In this document: one piece after another, positions 51,201 through 62,289 of the stretch
Position numbering within the stretch: position 1 is the stretch's first letter
Layout: every line of letters starts with the position of its first letter
Assembly (NCBI RefSeq): GCF_963921235.1
Contig: NC_086097.1
Coordinates: forward strand, 144,586,001 to 144,650,000
Reading direction: 5' to 3'
Source: Mobula hypostoma
Taxonomy: Eukaryota
DNA: 64,000 bases
Notes under the pieces: model-generated
What the model was told of the DNA's origin: nothing
What the model saw: the letters and a program-made list of their open reading frames with translations, nothing else
Database searches by the model: none
Made by a program: the position numbers and the translations under genes

Positions 51201-53417
51201 CCTATTACGGCAGAGATGATCCAAAGGGAAACCAGAAAAGTAAACAGACTGTCTCAGGTCTATGTGGCCACTCTAAATGTCTGGGATGTGCAGCAGAAAC
51301 TCCAGATCCCCCATTTTTACCACTGATGGAATGAACTTGCCCTTGACAAAAGCTGCATTACGTGCGATTGAGAGTTGTACTATCCAAGCTGACAGCTAAA
51401 GTGTTGGAGGAGTTACATTTTGGTCATCTAGGCAGAGTCAAAATGAAAGAGTTGGCTGAGAGCTTTGTCTGGTGGCCTGGGATGGATCAGCTGATTAAGT
51501 AGCTCATCGCGCCTTTGTTCAGAATGCCAGCATGTCCAGAAGATGCCAAGAACACCGTCTCTCCATCCTGGGAATTGTCTGTACTGCCCTGGCAAAGGAT
51601 TTGCGTGGATTTTGCCAGACCATTCATGGGCAGAAATTTCTTGGTAGTAGTGGAGGCAGCTACAAAGTGGCCCAAAGTGCTTTCCATAGCCTCCCCTGCA
51701 GCCTCACACACTGTTGGATGTGTTGAGACGTCTCTTCTCAAGGACTGGTGTTCCAGAACATTTAGTCAGTGACCACAGACCAAAGTTTGTTGCGGAACAG
51801 TTGCAGTCATTCCTGAAAATGAATGGAATAAGATATACTACATTGGCACCATACCACCACGCTGCAAATCGCTGGGTGGAAAATTCTGTCCAGAGTCTGG
51901 AGAGCTCACTATAAGAAATGTCAGCAGAATACACTACACTAACACTGAACCAGCAGCTCACCACTTTCCTCCTTGCACATCGCTATGCTGCACACTCGGC
52001 AAACAACAAGTCACCAGCTGTTTCTGAGTTGTCCCTTGCACTCACGCTTGGATCTGTTCAAATCCAGTCACAGAAGGAGTAGGTAAGACAAACAGCTGAG
52101 ACAAATAGAGGGCTCCTCAAACAAGGAGTTTCAATGTTTCAATTCCGGACTAGCAGCCCTAGCTATGCACTACAGAGGTGATCAAAAGTGGATACTTTGA
52201 AGGATAAAGGACCGAACTGGACTATTCTCCCACACTGCGGAGATTGAGATTGATGTCACCTGGAGATGATACATCAATCAATTGAGGAGAGCAGTGTCAA
52301 TTGTTAGAGGAGAAAGGTGGCCAGAGCTGTCAGAACCACTTCCCACAGTCCCAGAGTTAACTCCTATAACTACTACAGAGGAGGCCCTAGAACACAAGGT
52401 TTTTTTCACAGCCATAATTCCCACCTGCTAAGCAGGGTCACCCCCCCACCCCACAGTCAGGAAAGTTGTTATCCCATAAGAGTAAGAGATCCTCACCAGT
52501 GATTAAATCTTTAGGCCTGAATTGGACAATTTAAAATGTACTATGCTATGGATGTATATATAGTATTTGTATTGTACAGTATATTGTGTGTATATACCTG
52601 TATATATTACTAGAGAGCAATATGTTACATATATGACCATATAACAATTACAGCAGGGAAACCGGCTATCTCCGCCCTTCTAGTCCGTGCCGAATGCTTA
52701 CTCTCACCTAGTCCCACCGACCTACACTAAGCCCATAACCCTCCATTTCTCTCCTGTCCATATAGCTATCCAATTTTAGTTTAAATGACAATATCGAGCC
52801 TGCCTCAACCACTTCTACTGGAAGCTCGTTCCACACAGCTACCACTCTCTGAGTAAAGAAGTTACCCCTCTTGTTACGCCTAAACTTTTGCTCCCTAACT
52901 CTCAAGTCCTGTCCTCTTGTTTGAATCTCCCCTACTCTCAATGGAAAAAGCCTATCCATGTCAACTCTATCTATCCCCCTCATAATTTTAAATACCTCTA
53001 ACAAGTCCCCTCTCAACCTTCTATGCTGCAAAGAATAAAGACCCAACTTGTTCAACCTTTCTCTGTAACTTAGGTGCTGAAACCCAGGCAATATTCTAGT
53101 AAATCTTCTTTGTACTCTTTCTATTTTGTTGACATATTTGAGTTGAGTTGCATTCTATATTGACTTGGAGTTTATAGCTAAGCAGGGAGGTGTGTTGTGT
53201 ATTTCATATTTCAGTAATATGGTAAATGCATTGTTTGCTTATGTATTCCTTGTTTAAATAATTCATTACGGGTTATATGTAAAGGTACGTGAATGGCATA
53301 TGCCACATCATTAGTGCATACATAGGTAAAAACAAAACAGAGATACACATCTCCTGGCTTCGTGTTTTGTTTTACATTCAGTCAGTTTTTGATTTATGTT
53401 GTATACAAACCATAACA
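48240..53417 (+). mobile_element. Full-length decayed Ty3/Gypsy LTR retrotransposon (Mag-like)
   Basis: LTRs 48240-48459 and 53193-53417; perfect 5-bp TSD GACAT (48235-39, 53418-22); PBS TGGCAATGAGGA; PPT AAGCAGGGAGG. gag with double zinc knuckle (~49269-49353), RT (YPLPRTEDAFANLSGGKHFSKVDL; C*LDDII), RNase H (LAYDALPYGIDAV), integrase (PWQRICVDFARP), in RT-RH-INT order. Confidence 0.95.
52633..53135 (-). mobile_element. CR1 3' fragment nested in the Gypsy 3' region
   Basis: ORF 52708-53091 LSYRERLNKLGLYSLQHRRLRGDLLEVFKIM...WNELP. Confidence 0.92.
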
Positions 53418-53759
53418 GACATGGCAGAAGATCAGGTTAGATATTCTATTAAAACTTGCAGTGAGACATGATCTCCCAAGAGGTGCAGTTGTCAAACATT
53501 TAAACATTTATTTCATTGGTGCAATTATCTCCCATGGCCCATAAATCTGAAAAGCCTTGTTGGCTACTTAGTATGTTTTTCCCTCTAAATTATTCATCAC
53601 AATTTCAGATAGTGATTTACCTTACAGGCAAAAGAACCATAAATGAGTGTTTCAGTGCATGTTTCTCAGAAGATTAACACACAGGTACCACAAATACAGA
53701 AAGGCTAACAGATCACCAGTGAAACTGAATATGAAGTTAGAGTGGTCACAAGTCATTTA

Positions 53760-54580
53760 CATTGAAAATGGAACATTGCACAGTACAGCACGGAACAAGC
53801 CATTTGGCCCACACGAGGAAATCTGCAGATGCTGGAATTTCAAGTAACACACATAAAAGTTGCTGGTGAACGCAGCAGGCCAGGCAGCATCTCTAGGAAG
53901 AGGTACAGTCGATGTTTCGGACCAAGACCCTTCGTCAGGAGTAACAGAAGGAAGAGCTAGTAAGAGCTGGTTTGGCCCATATGTTGTGCCAACCTTTGAA
54001 CCTATTCTATGATCAAACCAATCCTTCCCTCCGACATGCCCCTCTAATTTTCTGTCATCCATGTACCTATCTAAGAGTTTCTTAAATGTCCTTAATGTAG
54101 CTGCCCCTACTAGTTCTGCTGTAGGGTGTTCCATGCACCAAATGCTCACTGTATAAAAAAACTTACCTGTGACATGCCCCTATACTTTCCTCCAATCACC
54201 TGAATTGATGCGTCCTCGAATTAGCCACTCGCACTTTTGTAAAATGTCTCTGACTATCCATTCAATCTATGCTCTTATAATTTTGTACCTCTCTATCAAG
54301 TCCTATCTCATCCTCCTTCGCTCCAAAGAGAAAAGCCCTAGCTTGCTCAACCTAAGCTGATAGGACATCTGTCTAGTCTAGGCAACATCCTGGTAAATCT
54401 CTTCCGTAGTCTCTAAATCTTCCACATTCTTCCTCTAATGAGGCAACCAGACTGAACACAATATTCCAAGTGTGGTGTAACCAGGGTTTTACAGAGCTAC
54501 AGCATTACCTGATGGCTCTTCCCTCAGTCCCCTGACTAATGAAGGCCATACACATTCTTAGCAACTCTATCAACTTGCGA
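53760..54580 (-). mobile_element. 5'-truncated CR1 3' fragment
   Basis: Minus strand reads QVDRVAK..AFISQG..LYKTLV.PHLEYCV-like through FKKLLDRYMD and the 3' UTR. Confidence 0.88.
53812..53970 (-). mobile_element. Short Penelope-like terminal repeat with hammerhead motif, inserted in the CR1 3' UTR
   Basis: Flanked by the 9-bp duplication TTTGGCCCA (53803-11, 53971-79). Minus strand CTGACGA-AGGGTCTTGGTCC-GAAAC-ATC-GACT. Confidence 0.88.
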
Positions 54581-54588
54581 CAAACAGA

Positions 54589-54703
54589 TGTCAGGAGAGG
54601 GATTCGAACTCATGTCCCAAATTGGAGACCAAAACACCTGTGTTTCTACTGAAGGTCTTTCATGCTTTGAGTCTATCAGCTTAGACCACTCAAGCGCCTT
54701 AAC
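54589..54703 (-). pseudogene. Intron-containing tRNA-Leu(CAA) pseudogene
   Basis: Minus strand GTTAAGGCGCTTGAGTGGTCTAAGCTGATAGACTCAAA-[31-nt intron 54635-54665]-TTTTGGTCTCCAATTTGGGACATGAGTTCGAATCCCTCTCCTGACA aligns with vertebrate tRNA-Leu-CAA (A box, CAA anticodon, long variable arm, B box GTTCGAATC). Several stems are mismatched. Confidence 0.85.
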
Positions 54704-54824
54704 ACCCTTGTGGTATTAATACATAGGGTATTAGTGAAACCACATCTAAACCACCATGTACTGTTTTTGTCTCCTTATTTAAGGAATATTGTTAATACAG
54801 TTCAAAGGAGCCCTCTTAAACTTA

Positions 54825-57800
54825 TGTAACTGTTGGTTCAGCTCGCAGCTTAATATAGGGGATGGTAGCCCCCGGCCAGGCCAAACTTAAGAAATCCCTT
54901 TTGGGTGGATGCCGCGCGATGTGTCCCGTTACAAATCAGTACCACGAAATAACAAGCAGTACATAATATATGATTAAACGATTGAGCTTTATAATTCTTA
55001 ATTTGACTACATGATTAGTAAAGAAAGCTAAAAAAGAAAAAGGGCCCATTCTCATGAAACAGACTAATGTGCAGCGTTGGAGCTCACGAATAAGGCCATT
55101 CATCCACTATCGACGTCCCCTGATCGTCGCTGACCTTCGGACCCTCGCTCCAACTCCACTCCATCTGGCGGTCTACCACCTCTCTCCATTCGCGTCTTCT
55201 CTCCTCATCTCTCCCCGGCAAAAGACCACGAATTCCCTGCTCCCAGGCACACAAGACAGAACAACATCCGGCTCATTGGCTAACGAGCCCCGTTACCTCT
55301 AGTCATAAACCACATATTGCTGCTACAGAGAAACTATTACCTTAGCAGTGGAACATTACAGAGAAACCATTACATTAGCAGTGAATCCTTACAGCACGTT
55401 ACACTCTTCCCCCCACCAAATTTAGTCATGTCCTCATGACGTTGAGATAATTCGCCAACCCTTCCTGCAAAGCATAAAATCCAATCCAGGTACACAAGGC
55501 AGTGACATAGCTCCCCAAAATGGTAGGGGTCACACTCTGCTCCCCTGGTGGTACCTAGGCCAGCCTATCCGATGGTCTCCTAATTCTCTGAGACCTCCGC
55601 ACCACTCTTCAGGTTCAGACCCTACTGGGGATACTTCCTGTCTACCTGTCAAGGCCTCCCTGACTTATCACTCATGCCCATATGCAACTCAGACCCCTCT
55701 GTCCCGTGGCCAAGCCCTGCTTCCTCCCCTTCAGAGTCCCGCTGCAACCCAGGCTGGCCACGGATAGCACCCCCCCACCCCACTTCACCTGACTCAGCGG
55801 GAGAAGGGCCGGGAGTCTCTTCCTCAATCATTGGGGAGTTGGCGAAACTCGGCATATACCACACATCCTGGTCCTCATCCTCCGAATCAGTATTGCTCTC
55901 GGGGTTGGGGGCCGGCCTAACCTCGCCTGCTGTGGGCACTGTGTTTCCGCTGAGTCCTCTTACTAGGTGTAGGCTCTAAGTTGGGCTCTGGGCCTACCTG
56001 TACCTCTTGTCCCAGGAGCAGCAGGTGGTTCTGATGGAGGATCTTGACAGGGCCATTCCCATCCTCTGGTTTCAACCAGAATATTGGTAGGTTTGGCATC
56101 TGACTATCCACTACATAGGACATAACCGCCCAGCGGTCAGCCAACTTATGCTTTCCAGGTAGTCCCAAATTCTTTATGAGGTCTTGCTCTCCCAGCAGGA
56201 GTTGGAAGAACCTCACCTTTTGATTGTACCTCCTCTTAGTTCCCTGATTCTGCTTGGCAGTCGTGACACCAGCTAATTCATAAGGCCTTTTCAGCTCTCT
56301 TCTCATATTAGACACATACTTCAGATAAGTCGTTGCTGGTAAGTCACCCTCATCAGTCCCAAAACAATGGACAACCTTGCCTCACACCCAAACATCAAAT
56401 AATATGGCAAATACCCAGTAGCTTCATTTCGTGTACAGTTGTAACTGTGAACCAGATGTTGACTCTACTTGCTCTTCTTGCTGATCTCCAGGATCCCGAG
56501 CATGTCTAGCAAGGTCTGATTAAACCTCTCTGGCTGGGGATCACCCTGTGGGTGATAAGGCGTAGTCCTCGACTTCTCGACTCGAAGCATGCCCAGTAAC
56601 TCATGGATGAGTCTGCTCTCAAAACCCATCCCTGATTACTACGTATCCGCCTGGGAAAGCAATAATAGATTAAATACTTCTCCCATAACACTTTTGCCAC
56701 CATAGATGCCCTCTGGTCCTTGGTAGGAGAAGCCTGAGCATGTCTGGTGTAGTGTTTCGTGATGACTAGGACATTCACCGTGTTGCTGGCATTGGATTAT
56801 ATTGACAGGAAATCCATACACACCAGGACCAGAGGCCCCACAGTCTGCAAGTGGGACAAGATAGGCAATGTCTTCTGCCATATGCATCGAATGCACAACT
56901 TGGCAGTATTCTTCGACCTCCATTTTCATCCAGGGCCAGTGAAACCGGTCTCTGAGCAATCCATAGGTCTTTTCCACCCCCAAATGTCTAGAATCATCAT
57001 GAAGTGACTTCAATGAAATCCTTCGATACTTCTAAGGCAGAACCAACTGGCAACACTGAGGACGCTATGGGGGTGACATGACCTGGTATAAAAACTGGTT
57101 CTTCAACTGCAGCCGAGGCCATTCTCACAGTAATGGAGGCACCAACACATGTTTTGTCTTCTCCACCTGAGCCATGTCTCCCTTTTCGACCATTGCCTAA
57201 ATGGTACCAATGCCCGGATCATGTCGCTGAGCAGCTGCCACTTCCCCAGAACTCAATTCCGGCAGCTGATTTGTCTTCAGAGCAGTCAGGTTACAGTAAA
57301 CAGTGGAATGGCATCATCAGAAGCTCCAAATTGATCCACCGCTCGATCCGTCCCATCCTTTCCCTCTGCCTTCACGTGATGGCAAACTGACACATGGCCT
57401 TCATCCCTGGGGCAGAAATGATCTCCTACTCCTTCTCCTCACTCTTCAGAAACAATCGAACTCTGTCTTTGAAATCACCGGCCCCAGCTACCGCTACGTC
57501 CGCGCTAGTCTGCATTAACATGAGAGCTGTGCCAACCATTTTATCAAACCTCCACCCACAATCGCAACTTTAACAGTACTTAACAGGCGAATTATCAATT
57601 CATCTGGAGTATGAATATCTACCCCACTGGTTCAATGCTCAGGGTAATCACACAGCATCCAACAGAATCAATCTCGAACATAGCCCCCGACAATTGTGAC
57701 TCTCGGTTCGGCTCGCGGCTTGATATAGGGGATGTTAGACCCCGGCCCAGCCAAATTTAAGAAATCTTGTTTGGGTGGATGCTGCACGATGTGTCCCCTG

Positions 57801-58276
57801 TTACAAATCAGTACCATGAAATAACAAACAGTACACAATATACGATTAGATGATTGAGCTTTATAATTCTTAATTTGACGATATGGTTAGTAAAGAAAAC
57901 AAAAAAAAGGAAATGGGCCCATTCTCATGAAGCAGTCTAATGCACAATGTTGGAGCTCACTGATAAGGCCGTTCGAGCACCATCGACCTCCTCCGATCAT
58001 CGCTGACCTTCGGACCCTCGCTCCAAGTCCACTCCGTCCGGCGGTCTACCATCTCTCTCCATTCGCGTCTTCTCTCCTCATCTCTCCCCAGCAAAAGACC
58101 GCAAGTTCCCGGCTCCCAGACACACAGCAAAGAACAACATCTGGCTCATTGGCTAACATGCCCCGTTATCTCTAGTCATAGCCCACATATTGCTGCTACA
58201 GAGAAACCATTACCTTAGCAGTGGAACATTACAGAGAAGCCATTACATTAGCAGTGAAACCTCACAGTGTGTTCCA
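54825..58276 (-). mobile_element. Internally deleted Ty3/Gypsy provirus (integrase remnant only)
   Basis: ~580-bp LTRs 54825-55403 and 57695-58276; 4-bp TSD CTTA/CTAA; PPT at 55404-55420; degenerate tRNA-Pro-type PBS (minus CGGGGGCTATGTTCGAGAT); integrase motifs HDDSRHLGVEKT..RFHWP and LVITKHYTRHAQA.PTKDQRA..VAKVLWE. Confidence 0.93.
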
Positions 58277-58289
58277 CTAATACTTGGAA

Positions 58290-58690
58290 TACTTCGGAGG
58301 AAAGGCTAGACTTATATCTGCTCAGGTTAGAAGAGTAAGAGTGAGTTACTAGAAGCATTCATGATCCTGCTGGGTCTCGACAGGGTGCACATGGAGGGGA
58401 TGCTTCCTTTGCAAAAAACAAGCAAACTGAAAACAAGCAATAACCCATATAAATCAAAATGAAACTTTTTTTCTCTATTAAATGATCATATGTCTTTGGA
58501 ATTCACTTCCCCAAAAGGCAGTGAAATCCGAACCTTTGAATGGTTTGAAATCAGAGTTAATACACAAGGAAGTAAAAGACTAGTGCAGGTAGATGGAATG
58601 TGGAATTGAGGTTAAAATCAGATCCGCCATGATTTTCTTAAATGTCAAAGAAGGCTTGAATGACTGAATAGCTTACCCCTGCTCCAAATT
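58290..58690 (+). mobile_element. Old CR1 3' fragment
   Basis: Degenerate RL.LY...RRVR, LWNSLP (CTTTGGAATTCACTTCCC) and 3' UTR ATCAGATCCGCCATGAT...CCTGCTCC. Confidence 0.65.
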
Positions 58691-60654
58691 CAAATGAATC
58701 AAGATAGTGGAAAGTAGAAATAGGAGGCATGTAAAACAAACACTGGTTGTATTATCTCAGATTCCCCCAGAAGGGTTAGATTAAAATTGGCTTCACGGCT
58801 TTAATTCCAAGAGTAAATTTCCCAGGCATGTGTCTCAGTTGGAGTTGCAGTTACAGGAACAGAAGTCTGAAGAATCACTGCTACCATATTTTATTTCAAG
58901 CGCAGGCTGTGAACTTACTCTTTAATTTTCCATGCTGAATAACAGCATCCAAACATCTTGGATATTGGCACAAGAGATGGCAATTCAAATTCTCCGTTCT
59001 TCCTGTCATCTGTTTCAGATCCTCCACGATGGTCACCAGAGGCTCCACTCAAACATGGCGCTCGTCTGTTTAGGTGAGACACTCGAGAGCCAACGCTACA
59101 GGCTTTTGTTGACCTTAGCATAACTTCTGTCACTTTCATCTCTGACCCCTCTAGTATGCCAGTGAGAAACTCTTTGCAGAATTTTTCAAACTTTATGCTT
59201 CATGAGAAACTTGTTATTTTATTGGTGAATCAGTGGCTGGAGGGGTAGAAGCGAAAGGACACTTCAATGCTGCCTGCCATTTCTCTGCAGCTGCTTCTTT
59301 TCTTCTACTATCATTGTGATCAGATCAATAACATCAATAACGCTTCAATAATATTCAATTGATCATAAAGCACTTTACACACCCGAAGGACATTAAACTC
59401 CACATGTTAATACAAGTTCTTTATTAAATATTCAATTATATCCAACCAACATGCTTGCTTATTTATTTGTGCTCCCAAATTATTATTATACGCAAGTACC
59501 ATATAGCCCACCCAAACCTGAAATTACTATCTTTAATATCTTCACACTGCAGCAGTTTCTGTCACATTCCCTTCCTGGGTCCTCCACTAGATCAATCACA
59601 ATGATATAACTCAGTGCAGTTATCAGCTGATATTTTAAACTTGGAATCATCCATACACAAGTTTACTTGCAGGCTTCACACTCATTTACACATTTTGCTG
59701 AATACAGTGGGCATAAAAATGTAATTGAGGTGATCTTTACCCCACCAATCTCAGTTTATAATTGTACCCATGCATTTTCTCTGTTAGAAGAGGAACATGA
59801 GCAATTAAGATGCTTGTGGTCTACTCATGCCATATTTCCAGTCTGACAAATTTTACATAATTATGTACACTGGCACAGGCTATTTTTGAGCCCAAAGATC
59901 TACTTATTTATTGTGCATTTTAGGTAATAGTCTGAATAAAATACTTGGAACATGACTCTCTAATTTATTATTTTCATATTGTTCTTTAAATCAAATGTGC
60001 TTTCAAAACATGTCAATCATTCCTTTGAATCAAATATTTCCTGGTAATAAATCATTTTGTTCCATCTATTCTCCTCATAACATATTGCCATGGGTTTATG
60101 GAATATTTTACACACAGTCTTGTTCTCTGTCATTTCCTAAATGACCAGCAGCTGCTGCATTAAATATTTCTTGGCCTATCCCCCAGATCCAACAGGTGCC
60201 TTGTCAAGCCAGAGGAAAGCGGCTATGTAATTAGGCATAAATGAAGTGTGGAGGTTCATTTCTATCTAAAATAGAAACATTGTGGTATTTTCATTTATTT
60301 TTCCACATATTTATGTGGGAATGACCTAGCTTCATGGGAACAAGTGAGAAGAGTTGTAATAAGTATCACACAGCAACCTGCATGTTTGTTTTCCCAATCT
60401 TTCTGGCTAATTTTCTTGAGGGAAGCAAAATTTGGTTTCTGTGAAACTTTTAAAGTGGGTGCATGTTGATTTGAACTATTTTGACCAACAGAATCTTGAA
60501 AAAAATGAATGTAACAGTCAAGATTAGTTATTAATAATGTTGGTTTTTAAATGATTCTATGCCAACATTAAGGATCCCTTTTATAGAAAGACAATGACTA
60601 CTTACTGCTGCTTTTTGTATGAAAAACCTTTTGAAGTTGGAAAGTACTATCAGA

Positions 60655-60822
60655 TTACTATCAAAAAAGAGTTAGATGGTTCTCTTAAAGATAGCGGAGT
60701 GAAGGGATATGGGGAGAAGGCAGGAAAAGGGTACTGATTGTGGATGATCAGCCATGATCACAGTGAATGGTGGTGCTGGCTCGAAGGGCTGAATGGCCTA
60801 CTCCTGCACCTATTGTCTATTA
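60655..60822 (+). mobile_element. CR1 3' terminal fragment
   Basis: GATCAGCCATGATC...GCTCGAAGGGCTGAATGGCCTACTCCTGCACCTATTGTCTATT. Confidence 0.85.
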
Positions 60823-61884
60823 CCTTCAAAGAAGACATCTCTTCATCAAGGTGTATTCTTAAAAAGGATTTTGTCTACAAATGCTGCAGTCCTTGTGATG
60901 AAGCTTCTTCTACAATACTTGCATCTGGACAATTCCAGGAGTTCAGCTTAGTGAGCAATAAAGAAAGGATATCCAAGTTAGGGTGGTGGATGACTTGGGA
61001 GAAAGCTATCTATAAGCACCTTTTACTTAGTGGCTATCCCATGATATCACTGACCGCATGCTCTGGGGCGAGTGGTTGACACGTCTTACACCTCCATTCA
61101 ATTACTTTTGGCTCCAGCTGCACATTTTTCTGGCTTCTTTGTGTCTTGTACTTCAGCACAAATCAAATTCTGATCTACTTTCTCTGTGCCCCCCTGAAGA
61201 GGGGAGAGCTTCCTTCTCCTTTTCCTCATTATAATCCTCATACGTTCCATTGCTTGCAGTCTCAGGAGAGACAGAAAAAAAGTCATTGTTTTAGCAGCGA
61301 GCTTTCTTAAACAGCTATTTTGTACATCTTTAATGATGGAATGAACAGCTGGTAAAGAAAGTGCAGAATCCATTTGAAATATGATATAAAAGGCAGATTC
61401 TGTGCTCATAATTCCCCTGAAGGCAAACTGACTCCCACATCTCCACCTCTGAGTGCTAAGTTGCATCTAAATTCAACTATTGATAGTGCTTCGTCTTCAT
61501 GCTGGCATACAATATAGATCCATGTGCGTCCACCCCCAAGTGATTGCTTGTCTCAGGCATTGGACTTTGGTTTCTCCTGGAAGCAAGAGTTCATTATCTT
61601 TTCTGATTATTGATTTTACTGAGTTCCTTTCCATTCAAAAACCATGAAATCCAAAGTAAGTAATTTGAGGAAATACGGGAGATAGTAAAAAAGTAAATCG
61701 TTTTTCCCTATGCCTTCTAATCTCTTGGTCTTCAAGATCCATTTAAATCAGTTGGATTGAACATGCTACAGGAGCTGAGAGATAAATCTCCAGCTTAACA
61801 TGAAGGGATATCAGCAAGATTCAGCCATGCTAGTGGACTCCTGCAGTGGAGTAAACTGATGGATTCGGCCATCTGAGCAAGACA

Positions 61885-62240
61885 ATAAGAAATAGCAACA
61901 GAAGCAAGCTATTTGGTTCCCTGAGCTTGCTCCATTATTTAAAAGCATCATAGCTGAATCACTTCTGTCCACTTTGTTGTCTTCTCATATTACATTTCCT
62001 TCTCTTACTGAATATAAATCCATCTCGGTTTTGAATATTTCCAAAGATTCAGCCTCTACAAGTTCCTGGAGTAAAGAATTTCTCAGGCACACAATCTTTT
62101 CAGGGAATAATTAATTCTGAATGTCAGTCTGATATAGGAAATCTCTTACTGTGAGACAGGTCCAACACTGTCCTATGAGGATAAACATCCTTGTAGATCT
62201 ACCCTGCCAAATCCCCTAAGAATCTTTCAATAAGATTGCC
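61885..62240 (-). mobile_element. Old CR1 3' fragment
   Basis: Degenerate similarity to 40660-41030 (ATAAGAAATAGCAACAGAAG..., CAGCCTCTACA...AAAGAATTTC). Confidence 0.55.
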
Positions 62241-62289
62241 TGTAATTTTTGTAATCTTCAATAAATAACAGATTCAACGTTTATCTATA

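Noticed and set aside
49952..51964. Domesticated or intact Gypsy pol gene
   Set aside because: Multiple stops and frameshifts, including at the RT catalytic motif.
54589..54703. Functional tRNA-Leu gene
   Set aside because: Mismatches in the acceptor, D, anticodon and T stems and no clean T-run terminator; called a pseudogene.
61557..61655. Segment with AG and GTAAGT borders
   Set aside because: Stop codons in all three frames and no other support.
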